A stretch of 63,897 nucleotides of DNA, the filler included, from Chlamydiia bacterium (GTDB lineage: Bacteria > Chlamydiota > Chlamydiia > Chlamydiales > FEN-1388), in NCBI GenBank assembly GCA_903848235.1. It is 11 parts of 11 records of this genome, joined end to end, with 100 filler letters (N's around TTAATTAATTAA, not from the genome) between each part and the next. Parts side by side here need not be neighbours in the genome. Positions count along the whole stretch, not along the records: positions 1 to 19,568 come from CAINFV010000008.1; positions 19,669 to 25,466 come from CAINFV010000009.1; 9 more parts are not named here. One strand, given 5' to 3'. Both the position numbers and the translations under genes were made by a program. Below, one piece after another: positions 11,381 to 22,071 of the stretch. The notes under the pieces are model-generated. The model did not search any database and was not told the DNA's origin. It saw nothing but the letters and a program-made list of their open reading frames with translations. Numbering within the stretch: position 1 is the first letter of the stretch; the number at the start of each line of letters is the position of its first letter.

Positions 11381-12568
11381 TTACCGATGAGGAAACGGCA
11401 TGTAGCCAGGAAACGGCGTTAGTCCCTCAATGACCCTTGTTTGCGGTGGATGCGGCACGACATACTTCAATCCCCTGCCAACGCCATACAGCTTTGACAG
11501 AGCTTCTGCCAGGGGCGCGTCGACTTCAATCTCCTGCACCCTCACTGTCAGTTGGCCTTTCACCAAGTTCGGAATAAAATATCCGTCACTTAATGATATT
11601 GAATTTAAGCACAGTACAGCCCAATCGTAAAAATCTTGCATCGTACTCAGACGGATGACCAGAGGTGCTGAGTCGGTGTACAGAATAGCTCGAAACGTTG
11701 CCGCTTCAAAGGAATAACGATTCATGAATGAAGGAAGGAGATACAAAGGCTTGATAGGACCTAGACTGATCAACTGGCCGTCATAATACCCAGGAAGATT
11801 GGTAAGTGTATGGAGGATCTTTCCCCACTCTTCGGCAGAAAAAATTTCAGGAAGCGATTGAGCATCGATACCATGGATCCGATTAAACTCGGGATTTAGT
11901 GAGGATAGCTCCTCCAAAAACACCATCCCAGATTTGCTAAACGTCTGAGATTGGAATAGTTGTCCTGGTCTTTCCCTGTAACATAAGCCAATCAACGTAC
12001 ACCGTTCTTCAACACTATCTTTTTGATGCTGAAGAGCTTCATGAATGGCAGAAAACACCTGATCGCGCAAGGAATCGTTGTGCGACATTATCGCAATCAC
12101 CCTCAAAGAAAGAAGATCCTTGATACACAATGAAGGCTCAAAACTCTCGGTATACATGTACGTGACGATTTGCTGAATCAGCTCTGAAGAGACGTTCAGT
12201 TGCAGCCTATCATGTACCCACGTGCCAATCCTCGGAAAAGTTAAATTAAAAAGAATTTTGTTCACGACACTGCAGCCTCCATTCCTATCGACCAGAACAG
12301 AGGCATTCAGTAACCCGAACGCATCAAAATGTCGTAAAACTCGGGTAAAAGCACGACATACTCTTCGATTGATTACAATGTCACGTTGAATAACCGCATC
12401 AATGAACCGGTAGGTTAACGAAGGATCGACAAGGTGGATCTCACTACGGCTGAACATTTTCGCTATTTGATACAGCTTTTGGTCCCCAAGATCCGTTCCT
12501 GATTCGAAAATCGCCTCTTCTATAAACTGTTTCGTCCATGCATCTTGGGTGTCGATTTTTATGCTCAT
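11381..12568 (-). CDS. Hypothetical protein with degenerate BTB/POZ-like domain
   Basis: LQLNVSSELIQQIVTYMYT...DLLSLRVIA...SLRDQVFSAI follows the BTB pattern. Confidence 0.6.
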   Translation of the reverse strand: MSIKIDTQDAWTKQFIEEAIFESGTDLGDQKLYQIAKMFSRSEIHLVDPSLTYRFIDAVIQRDIVINRRVCRAFTRVLRHFDAFGLLNASVLVDRNGGCSVVNKILFNLTFPRIGTWVHDRLQLNVSSELIQQIVTYMYTESFEPSLCIKDLLSLRVIAIMSHNDSLRDQVFSAIHEALQHQKDSVEERCTLIGLCYRERPGQLFQSQTFSKSGMVFLEELSSLNPEFNRIHGIDAQSLPEIFSAEEWGKILHTLTNLPGYYDGQLISLGPIKPLYLLPSFMNRYSFEAATFRAILYTDSAPLVIRLSTMQDFYDWAVLCLNSISLSDGYFIPNLVKGQLTVRVQEIEVDAPLAEALSKLYGVGRGLKYVVPHPPQTRVIEGLTPFPGYMPFPHR

Positions 12569-12804
12569 TTTTTCTACAAAAAATAGTTTTTTAGTCTGTT
12601 TAAGGGAAGGGCAGTATTCTTAGAAAGCTAAAATTCATCAACACAAATCCTAGAACCCGCTTTTATCAAAATAAAGTATATAAACCACATATATAGTCGA
12701 CATTATTCCATAGAATTTCACGAACGTATGTCGACTGAAATCCTAGACGTAGACGTTGCAATGCTGTAAAATACTAGCAATCATTAGAGTTCAAGGAGTT
12801 ACAT

Positions 12805-15800
12805 ATGAAAATCCTTCGCTGGATTGGAATCGCCTTTGTTGGCTGTATGACTGTTATGGCGGGCCTCATTGCCATCGCGCCAACTCTTCTCTCTACATCC
12901 TGGGGCCAAGGGCTATGTCTGAAAACAGCTTCCGGACTATACCCCGGGGCTATAGAAGTACAGTCTCTCTCGATGGGATGGCTCAGCGGGATTGAGGTTC
13001 GTGGACTAAACGTCAAGGATCCTGAAGGCAGGGATCTGTTTTCCTGCGCACAGTTTTCGCTCGATAAGCCACTCATCTCCCTCGTATTTTCTCAGAAAGA
13101 TTTTGGCTCCGTTCTGATTGCCTCTCCAAAGCTGTATTGCTATGCGACACATCAAAAAAACTCATCCTCACAAGAGGTGTCGAGCTCAGAAACAGGAAGT
13201 AAAAAAGAAAAAAACGAAAAGCAAATACGATCTGACACATCGTCTGAACGCTCTTCTACCACTGCAAAAGCCGTTGCAACACCGGATATCAAAGGGAACA
13301 TCACTGTTTTCGATGGACACGTCGTTGCCGTCGTCGATGATCGAGTTATAGGTTCTCTCACTCAAGGAGAGGCTGCTCTTCATCTCGACCTCCTGCATGC
13401 GTCGAATGGAAAAATCGGGGCATCACTGTCACAAAACTCTTCAAAGACAACTCCCCTTGCGTTGACATTTTCTCTTGACGGGGCTCCACAACTGTCGAAT
13501 CTAAAGGGGTCTTTTTCTTTTTCTTGTACGAAAGTGCCAACAGAATTGTTAGCGGCGTTAGCTCATTCTCTTCACCCTGACATAGCCGACTTTCTGAATG
13601 AGTCGTTTGGAAGTTCTGTCTCATACTCTCTTTCTGCAACAGCGAATGGCCCAGAAATCGTCCTTCATAGCACACTATTGAGTGATAATCTTCAATCGTC
13701 GATGAATATGAAGGTTGAAAATGATGTCATCACAGTCGACAAGGGGAATCTGTTTTCAGGGACACTCACTCCCCGCCTCTTTCAACTTATCCTCAACCAG
13801 GCAACGCAGCAGTCCCAAGCACATCCCATTACTCTCCTCTCTCCTACAACCTGCTCTCTTGAAAACAAAAGCCCGCTCTCCATTCGCTTGTCAGGATTCG
13901 ACCTCATCTCCTCATTGGATATCAAATGCTCAACACAGTCGCCACTCTCTCTTTCTACAGGAACACAGACCCCGCCTATTAGCCTCTCCGTAGACACCCT
14001 CCTCCAAGGTTCCCCTGAAAAACCAACGGCAACCATTGACATCTCGGCATCCTCCGTTGCGGACACTGGAACCTTTCACTTCACCGCCTCTGGATCAAAG
14101 AAAAATTCCGGGTATCAGCTGTCAACCGTTATGAATATCAATGGCAAGTGGCCCGCCATTGCAGAAACGCTCTCAGGATTTAGTTCTACCTCACTGTTTG
14201 GCCCAGACCTTTCGGCAGTCGTGAAAGCAGCAGGACAATTCAATAGTATCGATGACTTTTCTCTTCAAGGCACCTCGCAACTATCCTCACAAAACATCCA
14301 AAAAACAGCCGCTTTCACATGCACAAACACACTCTTCTCCGTGTCGCAAGCATCCTTCGATGCTAAGGTTCCATCTTCTTTCATTGAAACTCTAGGGGCC
14401 CCGGTCCACTTCGCATCTCCTGTAGGCGCTGTCCACGTTCAGACAACAGTTAAAAATCTCTCTGTTCCCTTAGACCATCTCTCTTTAGTACTGCCTAAGG
14501 CTACTATCGATGCTGTCGCTACACTAGATGTTCCAACAGTCGCCCTCCAGCCAAACCACGGATTGCATGCTGCTCTGAAAGCCACGGAAATCACTGTCAC
14601 CAAAAGCGAAAAGTCTCCCGCCGCCTATTTCTCAGTCCGCGCCACAGCTCCTGTCTCTTCAAAAGCACAGCCTGTCATCAACACTCTTATCGGCCCCACA
14701 GGGTTGTCCCTCGTGATGGCCGGCAAATTCGACATCGAACAATCAAAGGTCACTGTCAAGTCTGTTGAAGTCACAGGGTCGCGTCTTTCAGCTTCAATCT
14801 ATGATATGACCTGTGCGTTTGCCAAGGGCCTAGAGCTCTCTTTAGAATCCCCTGCGAATGCTCGCATTGTTGCCGACAAAGATACCATAGAAAGCCTCTC
14901 CTCAGCGTCACTCCCCTGTACTCTTGGCGGCCCTGCAGAGCTGAAGGTCACCGTCAAGCCTTTTACCATTTCCCAAAAGGACGGCGTCTGGCAAGGCTCT
15001 CCTCTCAGCGCTGAGCTACAAGGCAGTGATATTCGTATCAGTGGCACCCAGTCATTTGGCCCCTATTCCCTGTCCGCCCCTGTCATTTTTGACATGTGTC
15101 GTCATACAATTGTCTCACAAACCTCTATCACCAGTGGCACGCAACAACTTCTCAACAGTACTGCTACTATCACGCTTCCGGAGAACAGCGATCTTCCCTT
15201 CATGGAGAATGCTTCCATCGAATGGTCTGCAGAACTCTCCCGCCTACCGACATCCATCATAGAACTTCTCTCTCACAAGACACTGGCCCCCATCATCGGC
15301 GACACGTTGTCGTCGAAGCTCTCCTGCAAGTTCTATGGCCTCTCCTCAAAGGGAAACCGTTTCACGATGTCAAGCTCAGGTGCGTCATGGAAGGCTAATG
15401 TAGACTGTGCCCTCGATGCCATGTGCCTCTCAGGAGCTGGCGCCAACGTCATTGATATTGAAGCCTCGGTATCACCAACATCCTATGAAGCTTTGAAATC
15501 GTTGATTGGAATGAAGAGCGACGTGACACTTGGCAATAGCATTACCTTCAGTGTTAAGGTTCCTCAATGCTCCGCTAATCTAACTTCCCTTCTTGCAAAT
15601 GACAGCCAGCCATTTTCTCCGTGGAAACTGTTAGACACCGTTTCACTGTCTGCACAGGCTTCTGTGTCAGCACTCCAACTCCAACAAAAAAAGGGTGCTG
15701 CGATTGGCAGTTTTGCTCCCCTCGATGCTTCATGCGAACTCCAAGGGAAAAACCACTCCGTACAATTTGCTGTTAATTCATCTGGCAGCAAGGCAAGTGA

Positions 15801-16806
15801 TGCCATGATTGTCGCCATAAACGGCTCTTTCGATACTATCTGGAACAAAGATGGATTAACTCTTCCCTCGTCGCATCTTCGGTCAACAGTTGATATAGAC
15901 CGTTTTCCGACTCAGCTTCTAGAAATTGCTCTCCCTCAACAAGGAGCTCTCTTAGAAGAGGCTATTGGGAAGACAATTCGCATCGTCGGAAATCTCTCTG
16001 CTGACGAAATGAAATCAGGGGCCGTGAAAGTAGATCTTCAGGCGGACAACTGCTCGATGCATCTTGACGGCACGATCAAAGACGGGAAAATGACGCTGAA
16101 AGCCCCAGCAAAAGCATCTCTGAAAATTACAAAACAAGCTGGCGCTCTTCTGTTAAAAAACGTCAGCCCCCTCCTAGCGACAGCAGCACATTCTGAAAAG
16201 CCCATTCAGGTGACGGTAGGCTCAGAAGGAGCTGTGATTCCTATCTCCCCTTTTTCCCTGACAGGTGTCACACTCCCCAAAATAACTGCTGATATTGGGA
16301 AGATTGCAGTGAAAAACGGCGGAGCTTTAAAAATTATTTTGGCAATTCTGAACATGGGAAAAGCCGCCAACAGCGAAAACCTTGACCTCTGGCTCACGCC
16401 AATCTACATGCGTTTTGATCACGGAGTTCTTACCTGCCAGAGAGCTGATATGTTAGTGGCTGACAAGGTGCATATGATCACGTGGGGCGATGTCGATCTC
16501 GGTAACGATCGGATCAACATGGTTGTTGCCATTCCACAAGAAACGCTCTCTGCCCTACGCCTCAAGCTCATCTCCCCCACCCCAGAACGCGGGCTGCAGA
16601 TTCCGATTACTGGTGCTTCCTCAAACCCGAAAGTCGACACCACCTCTGCTACTGCACGTCTTGCCGGTGCCGCGATTGTCGACAATGTCCCTGATCCACG
16701 ACTCCAAATATTTGGAGGGCTTCTCCAAGCAGCAGCCTCTACCATGGGCGAGCCAGACAAACCAATCCCCCCTCCGACAACACAGCCTTTCCCGTGGCAA
16801 CGGTAA
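12805..16806 (+). CDS. Large AsmA/TamB-like envelope protein
   Basis: N-terminal TM anchor followed by LSMGWLSGIEVRGLNVKDPEG, a long S/T-rich beta region, and C-terminal WGDVDL...IPITG..NPKVD. Confidence 0.68.
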   Translation: MKILRWIGIAFVGCMTVMAGLIAIAPTLLSTSWGQGLCLKTASGLYPGAIEVQSLSMGWLSGIEVRGLNVKDPEGRDLFSCAQFSLDKPLISLVFSQKDFGSVLIASPKLYCYATHQKNSSSQEVSSSETGSKKEKNEKQIRSDTSSERSSTTAKAVATPDIKGNITVFDGHVVAVVDDRVIGSLTQGEAALHLDLLHASNGKIGASLSQNSSKTTPLALTFSLDGAPQLSNLKGSFSFSCTKVPTELLAALAHSLHPDIADFLNESFGSSVSYSLSATANGPEIVLHSTLLSDNLQSSMNMKVENDVITVDKGNLFSGTLTPRLFQLILNQATQQSQAHPITLLSPTTCSLENKSPLSIRLSGFDLISSLDIKCSTQSPLSLSTGTQTPPISLSVDTLLQGSPEKPTATIDISASSVADTGTFHFTASGSKKNSGYQLSTVMNINGKWPAIAETLSGFSSTSLFGPDLSAVVKAAGQFNSIDDFSLQGTSQLSSQNIQKTAAFTCTNTLFSVSQASFDAKVPSSFIETLGAPVHFASPVGAVHVQTTVKNLSVPLDHLSLVLPKATIDAVATLDVPTVALQPNHGLHAALKATEITVTKSEKSPAAYFSVRATAPVSSKAQPVINTLIGPTGLSLVMAGKFDIEQSKVTVKSVEVTGSRLSASIYDMTCAFAKGLELSLESPANARIVADKDTIESLSSASLPCTLGGPAELKVTVKPFTISQKDGVWQGSPLSAELQGSDIRISGTQSFGPYSLSAPVIFDMCRHTIVSQTSITSGTQQLLNSTATITLPENSDLPFMENASIEWSAELSRLPTSIIELLSHKTLAPIIGDTLSSKLSCKFYGLSSKGNRFTMSSSGASWKANVDCALDAMCLSGAGANVIDIEASVSPTSYEALKSLIGMKSDVTLGNSITFSVKVPQCSANLTSLLANDSQPFSPWKLLDTVSLSAQASVSALQLQQKKGAAIGSFAPLDASCELQGKNHSVQFAVNSSGSKASDAMIVAINGSFDTIWNKDGLTLPSSHLRSTVDIDRFPTQLLEIALPQQGALLEEAIGKTIRIVGNLSADEMKSGAVKVDLQADNCSMHLDGTIKDGKMTLKAPAKASLKITKQAGALLLKNVSPLLATAAHSEKPIQVTVGSEGAVIPISPFSLTGVTLPKITADIGKIAVKNGGALKIILAILNMGKAANSENLDLWLTPIYMRFDHGVLTCQRADMLVADKVHMITWGDVDLGNDRINMVVAIPQETLSALRLKLISPTPERGLQIPITGASSNPKVDTTSATARLAGAAIVDNVPDPRLQIFGGLLQAAASTMGEPDKPIPPPTTQPFPWQR

Positions 16807-16964
16807 GATCTGTCAACGACAGACCTCGATGCGTCAATAAGATCAAAGGACGAGGAGGCAACCTGACATGGTCCGGTTGGAACTGAGAGGCTGTCGAATT
16901 CAGATGTGGCTTTCGGAACTGAATTCGTTTCCTTGATCCTTTGGATATTTTCGTCGGCCGACGC

Positions 16965-17747
16965 CTAGCGTTCCTGTCGTGGTCTGATGCGCTGTGCTGA
17001 GCCCGATATCCCGAATTCAAGATCAGCCAGACCTCCCCTACTTCCTATCCTAAGCGCTTTCCCAGAGAGTTTTTTCTGAAGCTGTGAAACGACACGTTCG
17101 ATCTTTTCTGTTTCTTGCACGGCTGAGGGGTCTACGTTTACAAGAGTCGCGTGTAAGAAATTTCCAGAAACAGGCTGGCCGTATTTGTTCACAAGCTCAT
17201 TCTTTCCGCGAACCAATAGCCTGGCAATAATTGCGTTCCCGGTTTTTCCAGTTACAAACTCAACATTAGATATCTCAAATTTTAAATCCAAACTTACAAT
17301 TTTTTGATAGGCATTGGCAATTTGCTCGACAGTCGGAGGCTGGTCTCGAGGAAGAGTCCCATCAACGTTCAAAAGATGCTCATACACGTCTCGCAACGTT
17401 TCGTGGGCATCGACCGCTCTCTTGCTGGTATACAACAAGGTAGCGTGCATTTCTTCTCCGATTCCTGGCCGGCTTGTCTCTTCATAATGACGAATAACAA
17501 AGCCGCCTTGTTCTTTCTTAAGCAATGGTTTTGCGATGGGTGCGCACGTATCTGTTGTTACAGGAAAAACTTCTTTGAGAATATCCCTTGTCATTTCGTT
17601 TACTTCCACTACGCCGATACATCCAGGAGAATTGTGTTCTTCAAAATGTATCTTGCCGCCGATCTTCCATTCGAGTTCATACGTTGTATTTGCATACAGA
17701 AATCCGACGACGAACAACGGCAAGAGATATAACAATTTTTTATACAT
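16965..17747 (-). CDS. Secreted protein, putative 2H phosphoesterase
   Basis: Signal peptide and two H-x-T-hydrophobic motifs (MHATLL, LHATLV) ~98 aa apart. Confidence 0.55.
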   Translation of the reverse strand: MYKKLLYLLPLFVVGFLYANTTYELEWKIGGKIHFEEHNSPGCIGVVEVNEMTRDILKEVFPVTTDTCAPIAKPLLKKEQGGFVIRHYEETSRPGIGEEMHATLLYTSKRAVDAHETLRDVYEHLLNVDGTLPRDQPPTVEQIANAYQKIVSLDLKFEISNVEFVTGKTGNAIIARLLVRGKNELVNKYGQPVSGNFLHATLVNVDPSAVQETEKIERVVSQLQKKLSGKALRIGSRGGLADLEFGISGSAQRIRPRQER

Positions 17748-17892
17748 ATTAATTGAGCTCCAACGAAACGACGTTATTAGTGATCAATATATGATACCAG
17801 ATTGCTTATTTGTTCTTCATGTGACTGGGCATTGCCTGAAATGATTGAAATTGACTTGCTGATTGGCGACAACTATGCCTGTATACCTGTCA

Positions 17893-18051
17893 CGGGGCTT
17901 TAACATTTTTTGGCCCGATTTCGCATTCGTTCACTCTTTAGACTTTTTGCATTTATCATAGATGGCCTAACCAGGACGATCTATGATAAGCAATCGTCTA
18001 AAGAAAGAACGCTCTGCGCGAACTCGGGGCCCAAAAAATGCTAAAGTTCAG
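17893..18051. mobile_element. Palindromic MITE-like element family A, copy 1 (159 bp)
   Basis: Full-length imperfect hairpin flanked by direct repeat TGTCA (17888-17892, 18052-18056); homologous to 33558..33715 and 42517..42657. Confidence 0.85.
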
Positions 18052-18104
18052 TGTCACGCAAGCCGTCCTAGATTGAAAGTCAATCTTCCTGAGCAGCTAT
18101 CCCA

Positions 18105-18133
18105 TAGACAAAATATGTGCATTTGTACATAAT
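18105..18133 (+). promoter_or_regulatory. Putative sigma70-type promoter of the TA operon with embedded palindromic operator
   Basis: TAGACA-17 nt-CATAAT; the spacer overlaps the inverted repeat TATGTGCA-TT-TGTACATA. Confidence 0.45.
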
Positions 18134-18144
18134 ATTGATCAGAG

Positions 18145-18504
18145 GTGACCATGTTGAATCTTACCTGGATGGGATCTAGCAAAGAAGATCTGAAAGCGAT
18201 GCCTGAGAAGATCCGGAAGAGCATAGGTTACGCTCTTCGGGTGGTTCAATTGGGCGGCAGGCCTGAAGGGTCTAAACCCCTATCTGGGTTTGGAAGCGCA
18301 AGGGTCAATGAAATTAGAGAAAACGACCGAAGCGGTACCTACAGAGCTGTATATACTCTAGAAGTGCAACGGGAACTCTTTGTACTCCACGTATTTCATA
18401 AAAAATCGACGCACGGCAAAGAGACGCCTCGCAAAGACATGGAAATGATAAAAAAAAGACTGAAAGATGTTAGGGACAATCTTAAAACAGAGAGGAAGCT
18501 ATGA
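18145..18504 (+). CDS. Type II TA toxin, RelE/ParE (Gp49-like/HigB-type)
   Basis: WMGSSKEDLK..P..IR..IGYAL, EIRE..RSGTYRAVY, VLHVFHKKS..G.ETP. Confidence 0.88.
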   Translation: MTMLNLTWMGSSKEDLKAMPEKIRKSIGYALRVVQLGGRPEGSKPLSGFGSARVNEIRENDRSGTYRAVYTLEVQRELFVLHVFHKKSTHGKETPRKDMEMIKKRLKDVRDNLKTERKL

Positions 18505-18848
18505 AAGACAAGGCTAAACCAAGTTCTGGAAACATATTTGCTGATTTGGGCTTGCCAAACCCAGAAAAATGTCTTGAGAAAGCAGATATTGTTTTTCAGA
18601 TCGTCCAAATCATCAAGCAACGAAAACTTACTCAAGCCGAAGCTGCAGAATTGCTTGGAATTGATCAGCCTCAGGTATCAGCGTTAATGAGGGGAAGATT
18701 TTACCGATTTTCTCTCGAAAGGCTTATAAAATTTATGGATGCGCTCGGTAAAAGGATTAGGTATTCGTTCGAAGACAAGGACGAGCCTTCTCATGCACGA
18801 CATTCGTCATCTCGAGTTCGTTACGCTGCTTCTGGGCATGGGGCGTAA
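18501..18848 (+). CDS. XRE-family HTH antitoxin (HigA-type)
   Basis: SSGNIFADLG...LTQAEAAELLGIDQPQVSALMRG; ATGA overlap with the toxin gene. Confidence 0.88.
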   Translation: MKDKAKPSSGNIFADLGLPNPEKCLEKADIVFQIVQIIKQRKLTQAEAAELLGIDQPQVSALMRGRFYRFSLERLIKFMDALGKRIRYSFEDKDEPSHARHSSSRVRYAASGHGA

Positions 18849-18983
18849 ATGTGGATGGACAGGTTGTGAGCGGTTACGATGCGCTCGAAAAAACTCATTC
18901 GAATAACAAACGAATCGTCTTTAGAGTTCCGAGGTCAGAATAGTATTGAAGTGGAGTATGTAAATTTACATCCGTCATCCTTG

Positions 18984-19415
18984 TTAAAATTGCGGCTGCC
19001 TCACCTTCAGAAATATCAAGCATATCAATCGGTTGTATAGATTTTTAGAAGCGGCTGTGTTGCCATAATCATCTCGACAATCAAGGGGGGTTCTTTTCGC
19101 CTCAGGAGCGTCTTGTACTTGAGCCGTTAACGCTTCAATGAGTTCTGGAGTCGTTCGCAAAAGTGGTTCACCCTCATGTGTCATATCGCTATAATTTTTT
19201 GCGATCAGGAAATGAAGTGCTGTTTTTCCATTCCCATCTTGTAACGTTACGTCGCACAGGCCTGTGAGGATATGTTCATAAGCTGAAGCATACGCTCTAT
19301 TTGCAATAGCCCACGTTAAGGGGATATTCCTCCACACAGATGTATCATGGACGTTAAGGTGAGCTCCTTTTTTCACAAATAATGGAATCAATAACGCAAA
19401 GCAATCCATTTTCAT
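18984..19415 (-). pseudogene. Ankyrin-repeat protein, truncated
   Basis: NIPLTWAI, DGNGKTALHFLI and DDYGNT motifs; the last repeat breaks off into a 22-bp sequence also found at 25685..25706. Confidence 0.65.
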
Positions 19416-19432
19416 AATGCGACGATGAAATG

Positions 19433-19462
19433 CAAAACCCCGGTTTTAACGCCGGGGTTTTG
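19433..19462 (-). terminator. Rho-independent terminator
   Basis: CAAAACCCCGG-N8-CCGGGGTTTTG downstream of a minus-strand gene end (GGDERRPPRRPHYEESRDE*) cut by the contig edge. Confidence 0.65.
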
Positions 19463-19568
19463 TGTGAACTTCACAGACCTAGAACATAATCTAGGGAAGA
19501 ATCAACGACTATTCGTCGCGGGATTCTTCATAGTGAGGACGGCGTGGAGGACGGCGTTCATCGCCACC

Positions 19569-19668
19569 NNNNNNNNNNNNNNNNNNNNNNNNNNNNNNNN
19601 NNNNNNNNNNNNTTAATTAATTAANNNNNNNNNNNNNNNNNNNNNNNNNNNNNNNNNNNNNNNNNNNN
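19569..19668. other. Artificial contig spacer (also 25467-25566, 37852-37951, 42658-42757, 49798-49897, 52359-52458, 55355-55454, 57036-57135, 58682-58781, 61517-61616)
   Basis: Identical 100-nt N-run/TTAATTAATTAA/N-run with stops in all six frames. Confidence 0.98.
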
Positions 19669-21960
19669 TGAGATATTGTCGAAAATATCATAATCCCGTC
19701 TCTCCGTCGGGGTAATGACAGCTCCATTGCGATCAACAGAGCTCGGGGAGACAACAGTGCGCACACGACTGTGCTCATCATATTCATAGGTCGTCGTCTG
19801 CCCGAAATGGTCCGTCATCGAGCGCATATTGCCTAATGAGTCATAGGTATACGACGTGGAGAGGAGAAGGCCGTCGCTGTGGTGATCCGTTTTTCTGATG
19901 AGTCTGTTGGCTTTGTCGTAATGAAATTTTGTATAGACGCCAGACCCTACACATTCTTCACGCGTTGTATTGAAATTGTCATCGTGCTCGTAGAGGAATT
20001 TTCGGCCTATGGCATCTGTCTTTTGGGTCAGCAGGTTTTTGCTGTCGTACTTCGAGTGAAGTGTATATCGAAGATGCTCGCGAGAGTCATACACCTCCTC
20101 TTTCTCCACAAGGCCTGCTTTGGTGTATGAATAGTCAATACGTTTGAGTTGATGCTCTTTTCCTGTAGCTACGTCAAGGTAGCACTCCGTGATACGGGCA
20201 GGCTGGCATACGCCATGGTCACATCTGTCACTAACGGGTTTGATATAGGTGATTTTTCGCTCTGTGACATCTGAAAGATGGGATTGATGGGTGCTCGAGC
20301 CATTGTCGATGATTTTCTTTACTACAACAGCGTCGTTATCATACTCAAAAAATTCTCGGATCTTGATGCGATGGCCGTCGTAGGTAAACTTTGCAGTCAG
20401 AAGATCTGTGCCGTCTTGGTATTCGTATTCGACCTTTGGGCCGTCATCTTCTTTTTGACATGTTTTGAGATGGAATTTGTCATTGGCGTACGAATATTGT
20501 TTGCTATACTGGTCAACATGATGCTTTTCAGGATGTCCATCATCAGAGACGTCAAATCGCTTCGTGTCTTCTCCGGTCAGATTTCCATAGACAATTTCTT
20601 TTATCACGTTTCCGCGGGAGTCGTATTCATAGCGTTCACAGAAAAGGGCCTTTCTATCATCGTCGAAGAGTGTTTTTGCTAAGAGATGCCCTTCATCGCT
20701 GTCATCGCGTTCGCCTCTATGTGTCGTCTCTTTTTTCCCCCAGAGGAGTCCTTCGCCTCGATAAAGGCTGCCTTTGTTCGAGTATGTATCGACACTTGTC
20801 AGCCGGTCTCTTGAAGAATAGCGATACACTGTTTTGCGGTCTTTGGCATCAAAGACTTCTGTCTTACGATCTTTTGGATGATAGACAAAGGTAAAAATCG
20901 TCTTCTCCTCGCCATCATGACCTACAGGAGCCTTTTGTTCTGTGACACGCCCTTTCTTATCATAAGAAATCTTCAAATAGCGGCCGTCAGGATGAGAGAT
21001 TTTTGACAGGTATCTCCGCCCATGGAAGGTGTCATAGGAGTATTGTGTCTTTGGCAGATCTGAGGCATGGACCTCTTCGAGGAAGGGTGACGTGCCGAAC
21101 ATCGTGTCATGATGCTGATCATACGAGTATGTCACTTCCCTTCCAGTGCTCGATGACACGGTGATTTTCTCGCGGCTGGTTTTGTAATCAAATTTTAGCC
21201 ATCCAAAGGTATGCTGGTGGCTGTGGTTGCACGCCTTGATTTCCTTCAGAAACCCTAAAATTTTTTTGTCCGAATAGTAATCGAAAGAAAGCTTTGTCCC
21301 ATCGGGTTTTGTTTCCCCTTTGATGTTCATAGCGTATTCGATGTTATCAGTCGAAAAGTACTCGCGCTCACCGCCATTGCTCAGCTGTGCCGTCCAGCCG
21401 GCTGTAATGTAGCGGCCCCTCTCCTTCGATTCTTTCCAGTGGCCCTTCAGCTTATAGTGGATGTTTTTTAGATTCGTCCGTGCGGAGATCTCCTCAGATG
21501 CATTGGTCATCCCTTTGTGAATAGTCTCTGGATCTAGATAGAACGACATCTCCTTCGTGTGCTCCACTTCAAAATCATGGAATTTGGAGACGCAGCACAC
21601 GATAGACCCACCTTCTTCATCAGCTGTCATGTAGGCATATTTTGCGTCTTCATCGATAGGAAGCCCTCGTATCCACAGAGGGTAGTTTGAGGTCATCCCA
21701 TTTCCTGGCACCCACGTTACACGCGGCAGCTGGCTGTTGTAATAGCGGATAATGGGAAGGGAATGAGGGCCTTCCGCTGGAATATCAACGCTTGCAAAGA
21801 GAAGGTTTCCGAAGATAGCGTTGACGTGATTGACGAATGAAGAGGGGGCTCCTGTGACAGTGACGGAGATTTCTTCTTTTCCCTGTTTGTAGCTATCAGA
21901 TGAGAAAAGGGTGAGTGGAGTGCAACAGAAAAGAAAGAGAAGCCTTAACACTAAGTGCAT
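19669..21960 (-). CDS. RHS/YD-repeat protein, N-terminal part (3'-truncated by contig end)
   Basis: Signal-like N-terminus, PIIRYYNS, and many YD repeats (YDKKGRV, YEYDSRGNV, YTYDSLGNM). Confidence 0.9.
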
Positions 21961-22071
21961 AGGATTGTTTCCCTAGGATTTTTTCCTGGGAGTGTAGAAA
22001 CAAATATTTTTCTTTTCTATGAAATTCTTCACACCGATGTCAGAAACGGGTGTGATTAAAACATGTACTCT

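Noticed and set aside
16895..16927. CGAATTCAG...CTGAATTCG inverted repeat
   Set aside because: Probably a hairpin between convergent genes; no second copy or target duplication was found.
19569..19668. Regularly recurring TTAATTAATTAA motif between N-runs
   Set aside because: Artificial contig linker. ORFs containing X-runs and any cross-spacer synteny (e.g. RT next to toxin) are artefacts.
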